From contig JBQTHU010000041.1 of assembly GCA_052389535.1 (NCBI GenBank), forward strand, positions 12,972 to 76,971: 64,000 nucleotides of DNA, in the 5' to 3' direction. Positions 42,142-51,017 of the stretch are shown piece by piece. Each line of letters starts with the position of its first letter. Within the stretch, counting starts at the first letter, position 1. The translations under genes were made by a program, and so were the position numbers. The DNA comes from Betaproteobacteria bacterium. Lineage in GTDB: Bacteria; Pseudomonadota; Gammaproteobacteria; Burkholderiales; SG8-41. Below the pieces are notes generated by a model. That model was not told where the DNA came from. It did not search any database and saw only the letters and a list, made by a program, of their open reading frames with translations.

Positions 42142-42406
42142 TGCCGATCTCCCCGATCTCGCGCTCTACGACGAGATCATCACTCTTTTCCTGGAGCGCC
42201 TTAACGTGACCGTCCCCTCGCTCGAGGCGGATCTGCTTGCAAGCGGGGTGCTCGACTCCCTGGCGCTGGTGGAACTGCTGATGCAGATCGAGCTGCGCTA
42301 CGGGGTGCAGATCTCACTGGAGAGGCTCGACTTCGAGGACTTCCGGTCCGTGGCAGCGATTGCCGCGTTCATCGCACGGGAGCGGTTGTGCTGCCAGCCT
42401 CTATAG
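42131..42406 (+). CDS. Acyl/peptidyl carrier protein (DltC-like)
   Basis: TTG start at 42131, preceded by GGAG. Phosphopantetheine-site context GVLDSLALVELL. About 91 aa. Confidence 0.75.
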   Translation: MKIDADLPDLALYDEIITLFLERLNVTVPSLEADLLASGVLDSLALVELLMQIELRYGVQISLERLDFEDFRSVAAIAAFIARERLCCQPL

Positions 42407-42479
42407 CACAGCCGGCAAGCCGGATCCGGACATTTCGCGCCGAGAGCATCCCCGATATCCATCGCGCGCGCGGGGGCGA

Positions 42480-43295
42480 ATGGTGGATGCGCTTTTCCGA
42501 CCAATGAACCTTTGTGCAATCGCCATGACGATTCTCCCTTCGATCCTGAAACGACATACCGCGCCGCTCGGCGGGAGCGAGACTGCGCTCGAGATCGCGA
42601 GCTATCCCGAGCGGACTTCCCTGATCGAAAGCTGGATCCGCAAACTTTCGCACCGCGCCGCGCCCGTACGGATCCTGGAAGCGGGGTGCGGACAGAAGTG
42701 GCCGCTGAAGCTGGACGGCATACGCTACACGTTGACCGGCCTGGACGTGGACGGGAAAGCGCTGGAGATAAGAAAGAATGTGACCCGCGACCTCGATGAA
42801 GCGATCCACGGCGACCTGCGCTACGCCGATCTCGGTGGACGGCAGTTCGACGTGATATACAGCTCATACGTTCTGGAGCATGTCAAGGAGGCGCAGGTCG
42901 TGCTCCACAACTTTTCGCGGTGGCTGCGCCCCGGGGGCCTCCTGGTCCTCCTCATACCCGATCCCCATTCGGTACGCGGATTCATCACGCGTATCACGCC
43001 TCACTGGTTCCACGTCCTTTACTATCGGCACGTCCTCAGACTGCCCAACGCCGGGAAGCCGGGCTTCGGCCCGTACGTCACGTACTACGCGCCCGTTGTA
43101 TCGCAGTCCGGAATCAAGGAATTCTGCGATCGGCATGGCCTGCGGATCGTTGCCCGGCGCGGCAGCATATCGTACCCCGGACGGGGAACCGCCGCGGTCC
43201 TCAGCACAGCGGCGGCGCGCCTTGTTGCCTGGCTTTCGCTGGGTCGGCTGAAGAACGATCACGCCGACCTGCTCTACATCATCGAGAAAATATGA
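42480..43295 (+). CDS. Class I SAM-dependent methyltransferase
   Basis: Motif I ILEAGCGQ, DVIYSSYVLEHV, LRPGGLLVLLIPD. The start is uncertain (the ORF opens at 42360). Confidence 0.8.
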   Translation: MVDALFRPMNLCAIAMTILPSILKRHTAPLGGSETALEIASYPERTSLIESWIRKLSHRAAPVRILEAGCGQKWPLKLDGIRYTLTGLDVDGKALEIRKNVTRDLDEAIHGDLRYADLGGRQFDVIYSSYVLEHVKEAQVVLHNFSRWLRPGGLLVLLIPDPHSVRGFITRITPHWFHVLYYRHVLRLPNAGKPGFGPYVTYYAPVVSQSGIKEFCDRHGLRIVARRGSISYPGRGTAAVLSTAAARLVAWLSLGRLKNDHADLLYIIEKI

Positions 43296-43331
43296 CGCGC
43301 TCCGCCTCCTTAACACAGTGTCGAGGTCGCG

Positions 43332-44492
43332 ATGAAAATCTGCTTTATCGGATTTGACAATCTCCCGATGCTGGCTCCGGAGTTCGAGCAGTACCATCTC
43401 GGCGGTGAATCGGTTCAGCAGACGCTGCTCGCCCGGGCGCTGGCGCGGCGCGGCCATGATGTCAGCATGATCGTCACCGATTATGGCCAGCCGGACCCGG
43501 CCATGTGGCACGGCATACGGGTATTCAAAGCCTACCGGCGCGATGCCGGGATGAAGATGATCCGGTTCTTTCATCCGCGCTGGACTGGCATGTGGTCCGC
43601 GCTGAAACGCGCCGATGCCGATATCTACTACACCAGTTGCGCCGACATGCTGCCCGGGATGCTCGCCCTCTTCTGTCGCCGCTTCGACAGGCGTTTCGTA
43701 TTCCGGGCCGCCAGCGATCCGGACTGCGACCGTTCCCGCCTGCATCTGCTCGTGCGCTATGCGCGCGACCGCCGGCTCTATGCATACGGATTGCGCCGCG
43801 CCCACGCCATACTGGTGCAGAGCAATGCGCAGGCCGACCTGCTGGCGCGGAGCTACGGCCTCACATCGCGTGTTGCGGGAATGCTCGTGGACAAGCCGCT
43901 GCCGAACGCCGCCGATGCGGACATCGACGTGCTGTGGGTCGGCAACATCAAGCGCGTGAAACGGCCCGACCGGCTGCTCGAGCTTGCTGCGAAGCTGCCG
44001 CATCTGAAATTTCACGTGGTGGGCGGAAAGACCGCCTATGAAGAAAAGCTTTTCGACGACTTCACCCCTGCGGTCGCCGCCTTGTCCAACGTGGTTTTTC
44101 ACGGCCGGCTGTCGTACCGCAAAACTGCCAGCCTGTATGACAGAACGCGGCTGCTCATCAATACCTCGGACGTGGAGGGCTTTCCCAACGTTTACCTGCA
44201 AGCCTGGGTTCGCGGCGTGCCGGTGGTGACGCTGCTCGACCCGGACGGGATCATCGAGAGAAAAGGACTGGGCGCTGCCGCGGGTTCGTTCGCAGAGATG
44301 GCGGACGCGATCGGGACCCTGCTGGAAAATCCGTCCCGCTGGCAGTCCGCGAGCGAGCGTTGCCGCGCGTTCATGGCTCGGGAATACGCTGAAGACAAGG
44401 TGCTGAGCATCTACCTCCGCACATTCGAGGACGTCATGAGAAATGACCATCTCGGCCGCGGCCGATTTGCAGCGAGCGAATACCATGTCTGA
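43332..44492 (+). CDS. Glycosyltransferase (GT-B fold, GT4-like)
   Basis: 386 aa. MKICFIGFDNL N-terminus and C-terminal EGFPNVYLQAW (E-x7-E region). Confidence 0.85.
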   Translation: MKICFIGFDNLPMLAPEFEQYHLGGESVQQTLLARALARRGHDVSMIVTDYGQPDPAMWHGIRVFKAYRRDAGMKMIRFFHPRWTGMWSALKRADADIYYTSCADMLPGMLALFCRRFDRRFVFRAASDPDCDRSRLHLLVRYARDRRLYAYGLRRAHAILVQSNAQADLLARSYGLTSRVAGMLVDKPLPNAADADIDVLWVGNIKRVKRPDRLLELAAKLPHLKFHVVGGKTAYEEKLFDDFTPAVAALSNVVFHGRLSYRKTASLYDRTRLLINTSDVEGFPNVYLQAWVRGVPVVTLLDPDGIIERKGLGAAAGSFAEMADAIGTLLENPSRWQSASERCRAFMAREYAEDKVLSIYLRTFEDVMRNDHLGRGRFAASEYHV

Positions 44493-45525
44493 GACACCTT
44501 TTATCATCACCATAGACACCGAAGGCGACAACCTCTGGGCCCGCCCCCGCGAGATCACGACCCGGAATGCAGCCTTTCTCCCGCGCTTTCAGGCGCTGTG
44601 CGAGAGCTTCCGCTACAAGCCGGTTTACCTGGTGAACTACGAGATGGCCATGTCGGACGAGTTCGTCGAGTTCGGGCGCGATGTCATCGCCCGCGGCACG
44701 GGAGAGATCGGCATGCATCTCCACGCCTGGAACTCCCCGCCCCTGTACGCGTTGACCGACGACGATTTTCGCCATCAACCTTATCTCATCGAGTACCCGG
44801 CGGCGGTGATGAAGGAGAAGATCAAGACGCTCACCCATATTCTCGAGGACCGCTTCATGCAGCGTATCGTCAGTCACCGGGCAGGCCGCTGGGGGTTCGA
44901 CGGCCGCTATGCCGCAATGCTGCTCGACACGGGATACCGCATCGATTGTTCCGTGACACCCGGGCTGGACTGGAGCCGTTGCGCCGGAGCGCCCGGCGGC
45001 AAGGGCGGCACGGACTACACGCGTTTCCCGCATCGACCGTACTTTTTCTCGCCTTCCGATATCTCGACGCCTTGCAGTGGCGCACTCCTGGAAGTCCCCA
45101 TGACGCTCCATATCGGGCGGCTGTACCAGAGACTCCCATGGACCTATCACACGCCGCTCGTACGCTGGGGCGCCAAAAAGCTGTCGCCGCCGCCGCGTTG
45201 GCTGTGCCCCACTCCCGTTCACGAGAGGCACAATTTTCAGGCCATGCTGCAGCTCGCGCGCCGTAAACGCTCCGACGGGGCGAGCCATATGGAATTCATG
45301 CTGCACTCGTCGGAACTCATGCCGGGCGGCAGTCCCGTATACCGCAACGCGGCGGAAATCGACCGTTTGTACGCGTATCTTGAGATCCTTTTCGAGGAAC
45401 TCTCGGACTGGTGTCATGGTGCGACCCTTCAGGAATTCGAAGCGCAGCTTCAGAATTCCCTGAGGACGCGCACGCAGAACGGCGCGGCGGGGACGCGTCT
45501 CAACGGGGCGCCAGCACCGGCCTGA
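44485..45525 (+). CDS. Polysaccharide deacetylase-like protein (carbohydrate esterase 4 superfamily, WalW-type)
   Basis: The IITIDTEGD N-terminus and GMHLHAW resemble the deacetylase-like proteins found in LPS/EPS loci. Assigned from memory of the family. 8-nt overlap with the preceding GT gene. Confidence 0.6.
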   Translation: MSETPFIITIDTEGDNLWARPREITTRNAAFLPRFQALCESFRYKPVYLVNYEMAMSDEFVEFGRDVIARGTGEIGMHLHAWNSPPLYALTDDDFRHQPYLIEYPAAVMKEKIKTLTHILEDRFMQRIVSHRAGRWGFDGRYAAMLLDTGYRIDCSVTPGLDWSRCAGAPGGKGGTDYTRFPHRPYFFSPSDISTPCSGALLEVPMTLHIGRLYQRLPWTYHTPLVRWGAKKLSPPPRWLCPTPVHERHNFQAMLQLARRKRSDGASHMEFMLHSSELMPGGSPVYRNAAEIDRLYAYLEILFEELSDWCHGATLQEFEAQLQNSLRTRTQNGAAGTRLNGAPAPA

Positions 45526-45569
45526 CGCCATGTTTGCCGGATGGCTCTTTTGCGCAAGGAAGCCGGTTG

Positions 45570-46364
45570 ATGATCTGCTATAGGGGTCGGGGCGCAGTTT
45601 ACGGCGAGCTCTGGTACGACGAGGATGCAGAACTCCCCCGTGCGGCCGTCGATATCATTTTGTACCGGCAGAGAAAGGCTCCGGTTCCCGGGGCGCACAG
45701 CACCCCGCTGCTTTCGCTGGTGATCGACCTCACCGTCCCGGCACCCGCAATAGTGGAGCAGTTCGGAAAAGACTGCCGCTACAAGATCAGGCGCGCTGAC
45801 ACGAAGGACGGGTTGCGCATGGAGTTCATCAGTCAGCCGGGCCCCAGACTGGACGAGTTCTGCGACTTCTACGATGCTTTCGCCGGGCAGAAGTCGGTGG
45901 GACCGGCAAACCGTCAGTGGCTCGAAGCTGCCTGCAGCGCCGGCCGTCTGCTGCTCACATCGGTTTTACGCGGCAGCGAAGTGATCGTCTGGCATGCTTA
46001 TCTCGTAACCGGCACGAGCGCCTGGCTGCAGTACTCCGGCTCCTGCTATAGAGACAAGGCGAACGAGTATCGAGCGCTGGTAGGTCGTGCCAACCGCTGG
46101 CTGCACTGGCAGGAGATGCTGCGGTTCAAGGAAATCGGCATGACCCGCTACGACTGGGGCGGATTGTTCGAGAATGAATCCTCCCCGGAGCACGCGGGCA
46201 TCAACCGCTTCAAGAAGGAATTCGGCGGCCGGCCGGTGCGCAGCTATGATTGCGTTCTGCCGGTCACGCTGAGAGGCAGATTATGGCTGCCCCTGCGCGG
46301 TGCCTGGCGGAGCAGGACCTCGCTGCGCAATTTGTTCACGCGGACCCTGTCCCAGGAGCATTGA
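45570..46364 (+). CDS. FemAB-related / GNAT-fold acyltransferase (type associated with PEP-CTERM EPS loci)
   Basis: Start taken at MICYRG. FGKDCRYKIRRA, AWLQYSG and GINRFKKEFGG resemble FemX/FemAB-family proteins. Confidence 0.65.
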   Translation: MICYRGRGAVYGELWYDEDAELPRAAVDIILYRQRKAPVPGAHSTPLLSLVIDLTVPAPAIVEQFGKDCRYKIRRADTKDGLRMEFISQPGPRLDEFCDFYDAFAGQKSVGPANRQWLEAACSAGRLLLTSVLRGSEVIVWHAYLVTGTSAWLQYSGSCYRDKANEYRALVGRANRWLHWQEMLRFKEIGMTRYDWGGLFENESSPEHAGINRFKKEFGGRPVRSYDCVLPVTLRGRLWLPLRGAWRSRTSLRNLFTRTLSQEH

Positions 46365-47263
46365 TGGTCTCAAAAGCCGCTCGTGCAGCATCTGCAGGCC
46401 TTCTATGCCTGGCCATTGTCCTGATCTCTTCCAACGTGGCGGGATTGATCACATCGCTGCGCAACGATGAGATCTTCTCCGAGAAGAACGTGCTTTTCCC
46501 GGATGACATAACGCTCACCGCAAGGCAGGTTCACGACGTAATCGCTGCGCCTGCGGCCGACAGAAAGTCTTACGCCATGGCGGTAAGCCACGCCATAAAC
46601 AAAGGCGTTGCCCACTATCTGTGGCTGGATGAAGGCATAGAGAAGTACAACCTGCGCGTCCCGTTCCATGAAAACTACATTCTATTCGTCGCAAGCTATC
46701 TGATACCGCAATACTATCGAAAGTACGAGTTCAGGGACTACCGTAGAGCCATAGAGCGGGGCGTAGGATTGTGTTCCCAGCATGCGATAATCGTCGCGGA
46801 GATCCTGCGCAAAAAAGGCCTGGCTTCCGGGATCGTGAGCATGCCCACTCACGCGGACATGCCCGGCCACGTGGTCGCAACGGCCCGCGTCGACGATGCG
46901 CGGAATGAATGGTGGATACTGGATGCGGATTACGGTGTCGTCGTGCCCCACGGCATCGAGGCCGTCCGGGCGCAACCGAGCATCGTCGCTCCCTACTACC
47001 GGCGTCGCGGCTACGACGAACAAACCGTCGCCACGCTTGTTTCGAACTACGCCAAGGACGCGCGGGTCTTTCCCGATGGAGCGAAGAACTATGGCGTCAT
47101 GACATACTGGGCCGAGGCCATCGCGTATGCGCTGATCTGGATCATTCCCGGCTTCCTTGCGATCCCCTTCGTCCTGACGCTGCGCTCCGGAAAACAGCCG
47201 CTGCGGCATCGGAAATACAGGTGCTGTGCGGCTGTCATCCCGGCCGTGATTCTGATCGATTGA
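46364..47263 (+). CDS. Membrane-anchored transglutaminase-like (papain-fold Cys-His-Asp) protein
   Basis: N- and C-terminal TM helices. Putative triad contexts GVGLCSQHA, PGHVVATA and WWILDADYG. TGATG overlap with the FemAB-like gene. Noticeably lower GC. Confidence 0.55.
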   Translation: MVSKAARAASAGLLCLAIVLISSNVAGLITSLRNDEIFSEKNVLFPDDITLTARQVHDVIAAPAADRKSYAMAVSHAINKGVAHYLWLDEGIEKYNLRVPFHENYILFVASYLIPQYYRKYEFRDYRRAIERGVGLCSQHAIIVAEILRKKGLASGIVSMPTHADMPGHVVATARVDDARNEWWILDADYGVVVPHGIEAVRAQPSIVAPYYRRRGYDEQTVATLVSNYAKDARVFPDGAKNYGVMTYWAEAIAYALIWIIPGFLAIPFVLTLRSGKQPLRHRKYRCCAAVIPAVILID

Positions 47264-47266
47264 GCA

Positions 47267-48613
47267 TCAACGCGCGATGACGTTCCCCGGCGCCTGGGAT
47301 GCACCGGGCCCGTTCCACAGCGCCTCGTAGGCAGCAATGAGCTTCGGGATTTCATGGCGCCACTCGAGTTCGCTCTCGACGCGCCGGCGCCCGTATTGCC
47401 CCATCCACGCCCGCCGCGCGGGATCGTCGAGCAATTCGAGTATCTTCTCCGCCAGATCGATCGGATCGTTGCGGCGCGCGTACAGCGAAGCGTGCTGCGC
47501 CGAGTACCGCCCCTCCGTGAGATCGAACTGCACGACCGGCTTGCCCAGCGCCATGTACTCCATGATCTTGTTCATCGTAGACTTGTCGTTCATCTCGTTC
47601 GCCACGTCGGGGTTGACGCATATGTCGGCGGTATTGAGCATGGCGAGCAGCGTCTCTTCCGGAACGCGTCCCGTGAAAGTGACATACGACGCGATCCGGA
47701 GGTCCTCGGCCAGCTTCCTGAGCTGCGCGAGCGACGTCCCGCCACCGACGAGGCCAAAGTGCACATCGTTACGAGCCAGACCGATGACGATGTGACGCGC
47801 GGCCTGCAGCAGATACTCTATCCCCTCCTGCTTGCCCATCACGCCCACATAACCCACGAGGTAGCGGCGCCCGCCTTTCAACGCCGGATCGGGCGGCCTG
47901 ACTTTCATGCGCTCCAGGCTCGGCCCGCTGCGCACTACGAATACACGCTCGGGCGGCATGCCGCCGCGCTCGATGGCGATCCTGCGATAGGACTCATTCG
48001 TGGCGATCGACACGTCCGCGGTGCGAAAGGACCAGCGTTCCAGCATCAGGAGCAGCCTGTGCATGCGGTCGCGCCGGCCGAATTTCGCCTCATACAGCTC
48101 CGGGTTGATGTCATGGTGATCGAAGAGGAACTTTTTTCCGAGCAGCTTGAAAAATCCGCCGATGAAAAAGAACAGATCGGGCGGATTGCACGCGTGAATG
48201 ACGTCGAAGCCGCGCTTGAAGTACACCTTCCATGCCAGAACAAAAGTCCAGGCGAGAGCGGCCGAATATTCGATGGCGTATCCTTTGGCGCCCTCCCCCT
48301 CCACCGGAAGAGGATAACGCCAGATGTGAATATCCCCGATCGCTTCGAATCTCCCTTCGCAGCCTGGTCCTGTCGGGCAGATGATCGAGACCGTATGGCC
48401 TGCGTCGCGCAGGGCGGTGGCCTCCTGCCAGACGCGGCGATCGAACGGACTTGGCAGGTTTTCGACCAGGATGAGAACGCGCCTTCGGCGATTTTCCGGA
48501 CCGGGATGCTGCACGGAGAACGTCGACTGCTTCGGGAGTTCCGGCGCGGATCCCGTGGAATGCGCCCTACCAGCAGATGCCGTCATAGATACCGGCCACG
48601 CTGCGGGAATCAC
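47267..48613 (-). CDS. Glycosyltransferase family 4
   Basis: 448 aa, GT-B fold. RVLILVENLP at the N-terminus and the C-terminal sugar-donor domain (GKQEGIEYLL, NKIMEYMALGKPVV). Confidence 0.88.
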   Translation of the reverse strand: MIPAAWPVSMTASAGRAHSTGSAPELPKQSTFSVQHPGPENRRRRVLILVENLPSPFDRRVWQEATALRDAGHTVSIICPTGPGCEGRFEAIGDIHIWRYPLPVEGEGAKGYAIEYSAALAWTFVLAWKVYFKRGFDVIHACNPPDLFFFIGGFFKLLGKKFLFDHHDINPELYEAKFGRRDRMHRLLLMLERWSFRTADVSIATNESYRRIAIERGGMPPERVFVVRSGPSLERMKVRPPDPALKGGRRYLVGYVGVMGKQEGIEYLLQAARHIVIGLARNDVHFGLVGGGTSLAQLRKLAEDLRIASYVTFTGRVPEETLLAMLNTADICVNPDVANEMNDKSTMNKIMEYMALGKPVVQFDLTEGRYSAQHASLYARRNDPIDLAEKILELLDDPARRAWMGQYGRRRVESELEWRHEIPKLIAAYEALWNGPGASQAPGNVIAR

Positions 48614-49880
48614 ATATGCGCACCAGATCGATCAACGTCTGCCCTTCCCTGAGCCGCGCGGGGACATCGGTGAATTCCGGGGCGGCGTTCCCGATGACGA
48701 CGGTGCCGGCATGCGCCAGCAGCTCGTCGATGGTTTCCACCATCAAGCGCGAAATATGCGGGACGTGATTCAGTATGTAATCGCGGTTCGCGCCCTGAAG
48801 CGCGGCAAGCCTTACGCTGCTGTCGTAGACCCGCAGATCATAACCCTTGCCTATCAGCCGCTCGGCGAGTTCCACTACGGGGCTTTCCCGCAAGTCATCG
48901 GTGCCCGCCTTGAAACTGAACCCGAGTATCCCTACCTGCCGGTTGCCTTTCTCCATCACGCTGCGCACGCCGCGGTCGATCTGCTGCTCATTGCTCGGCA
49001 GAATGGCGCTCAGAATTGGCGAGGACAGGTCGAGCGCCTTCACCTTGTACAGCAGCGCGCGGAGATCCTTAGGCAGGCAGGAGCCGCCAAACGCGAAGCC
49101 GGGCTTGAGGTAATACGGCGACAGGTTCAACTTGACGTCCTGACAGAAGATGTTCATTACACTATGGCCGTCAACCCCTATAGCCTTGCAGATGTTGCCG
49201 ATTTCATTGGCGAAGCCTACTTTCAGCGCGTGCCATGCATTGTCCGTGTATTTCACCATCTCCGCGGTGTCGATGTCGGTCCTGATGAGAGGGGCGCGCA
49301 CGTGGACGTACATGCTCGCCAGAAGGTCACCGCTCGCCTGGTTCACCTCTCCTATGACAGTCTTCGGCGGATTGTAGTAGTCGTGCACCGCCGATCCCTC
49401 GCGCAGGAACTCCGGGTTGATGCAAACGCCGAACTCGCCGCCGGCGTGTTTCCCCGCACCGGCCTCCAGGGTCGGGATAACGACTTCGCGCATGGTTCCC
49501 GGCAGCAGTGTGCTGCGCATCACCACCACCGGCGCTCCGGCGTGTTCGCGCAGAGCCAGCCCGATCTGCTCGCATACACGCCGCACGTACTGCAGATCGA
49601 TGCCGCCGTTGCGCAGCCCCGGCGTGCCCACACAAACGAATAGCAGGTCGCTGTGCCGGACGGCGGTGGCCACCTCGGTAGTCGCCGAGAGCCTGCGGGC
49701 CGCAACCTGCTGTCCGATGATTTCCGCCAACCCCGGTTCGACGATCGGCGACTTTCCCGCGGCGATGAGATTGACCTTCGCATCGTTCGAATCCACACCG
49801 ATGACGTGATGTCCGTCTCTCGCGAGACAGGCGGCGGAAACCGCCCCGACATAACCGAGACCCAATACGCTGATTCTCAT
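48567..49880 (-). CDS. algD: GDP-mannose 6-dehydrogenase
   Basis: 437 aa with close end-to-end resemblance to P. aeruginosa AlgD as I recall it (MRISxxGLGYVGAV, GKSPIVEPGL, GFAFGGSCLPKD, FKAGTDDLRESP, C-terminal GICW). Confidence 0.93.
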   Translation of the reverse strand: MRISVLGLGYVGAVSAACLARDGHHVIGVDSNDAKVNLIAAGKSPIVEPGLAEIIGQQVAARRLSATTEVATAVRHSDLLFVCVGTPGLRNGGIDLQYVRRVCEQIGLALREHAGAPVVVMRSTLLPGTMREVVIPTLEAGAGKHAGGEFGVCINPEFLREGSAVHDYYNPPKTVIGEVNQASGDLLASMYVHVRAPLIRTDIDTAEMVKYTDNAWHALKVGFANEIGNICKAIGVDGHSVMNIFCQDVKLNLSPYYLKPGFAFGGSCLPKDLRALLYKVKALDLSSPILSAILPSNEQQIDRGVRSVMEKGNRQVGILGFSFKAGTDDLRESPVVELAERLIGKGYDLRVYDSSVRLAALQGANRDYILNHVPHISRLMVETIDELLAHAGTVVIGNAAPEFTDVPARLREGQTLIDLVRICDSRSVAGIYDGICW

Positions 49881-50075
49881 GCTATCCGAACCTTTCAGAC
49901 AAAATGCAACGAACCGCCGGGCGTTGTTGCGGCGTCACGGGAACGCCACGTACAGCATGCGGCGGCATGTTTATGTCAGTGCCGCCGGCCGCGTAGTCCG
50001 GACAGACCGCAACCGCTCGGAGGGGGCGCTACGGCGGTTCCGGCGGCCGCGGGGCGAACCCTGTTGCCGAGCCAG

Positions 50076-50930
50076 TCACGCCGTCTTGCGCAGGACGCCC
50101 GCGGGTCCGGCCGTTTTTCCGGACGGCCGGCTCTCTTCGAGGAACCAGATGCTGATCATCAGAAAGATCAGCGACGAGAGCCATTCCATGGCTTCGTTGG
50201 CCGTATCGTAGAACTGATTCGTTTCGCCCGCAGGCAGAAGCGACAGGACCAGGCGGTACGTCAGCCAGTTCACCGCGAACAGCAAGCCGATGGCGAGCGG
50301 CGGAAGCGGAATATGCAGCCGGCTCACGATCAACCCCGCGGGTCGCACGCTGTACGCGACGATGGGCAACAACACGCCATAGCAGAGCCAGAACAGCTTG
50401 TAGAGAAAATTCACGGTCAAGAGTTTTTCAAGGCCCCTCTTCTCACTACCGTCTGATCTCCGCGCATTGAGCAGCTCGATGTTGTGCAGGTTGAACTCTT
50501 CCTGCACGTTGACCGCAGCGATGGAGTCCGGGGTCTTGAACCCGAACACCCGCTGCCCCCAGCTGATCTCTTCTCCGCAGCCGACAAGGAAAACAAATGA
50601 CAGCAGCAGGAGAAACCAGTTGCGCGACCTGAAAAAAGCTGCCAGAAAACATAGGGACGCGGCGAAAAAGGCGGCTGCGGTCAGGTTCTCGAACAGGCCA
50701 TCCTCCTCGCCAATCGCCGCGACCGTGCCTGAGTCCAGCACGAAGTAGGTGCCATACGAGAGCAGGACCGCGCCGACTATGATCGATACGTGACCTCCGG
50801 CAGCCCGGATACTGTCCAGGCCGATGCGTGCCAGTCGGGCCAGACGCAAGGCAGGCGTTCGCCGTTTGACGCCGAACGCGTCCGTTTGCACCGCCGGTGG
50901 CTCCCCCGCCGAGGTTTGTTGGGCTCGCAT
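50076..50930 (-). CDS. Multi-pass membrane protein of unknown function
   Basis: 284 aa with about 6-7 hydrophobic helices. No family recognised. Lower GC than its neighbours. Confidence 0.6.
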   Translation of the reverse strand: MRAQQTSAGEPPAVQTDAFGVKRRTPALRLARLARIGLDSIRAAGGHVSIIVGAVLLSYGTYFVLDSGTVAAIGEEDGLFENLTAAAFFAASLCFLAAFFRSRNWFLLLLSFVFLVGCGEEISWGQRVFGFKTPDSIAAVNVQEEFNLHNIELLNARRSDGSEKRGLEKLLTVNFLYKLFWLCYGVLLPIVAYSVRPAGLIVSRLHIPLPPLAIGLLFAVNWLTYRLVLSLLPAGETNQFYDTANEAMEWLSSLIFLMISIWFLEESRPSGKTAGPAGVLRKTA

Positions 50931-51017
50931 TACGCTTGCGAGACAGAAAGGTTTAGATTTTGTTACAGCGATGACCGGCGGCGCGGATCTGCGTGCGGGA
51001 AAGATAGTCCGTACGGC

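Noticed and set aside
42864-44558. 564-aa ORF on the minus strand
   Set aside because: It is antisense to the methyltransferase and glycosyltransferase genes, whose motifs are clear. It has shadow-ORF composition.
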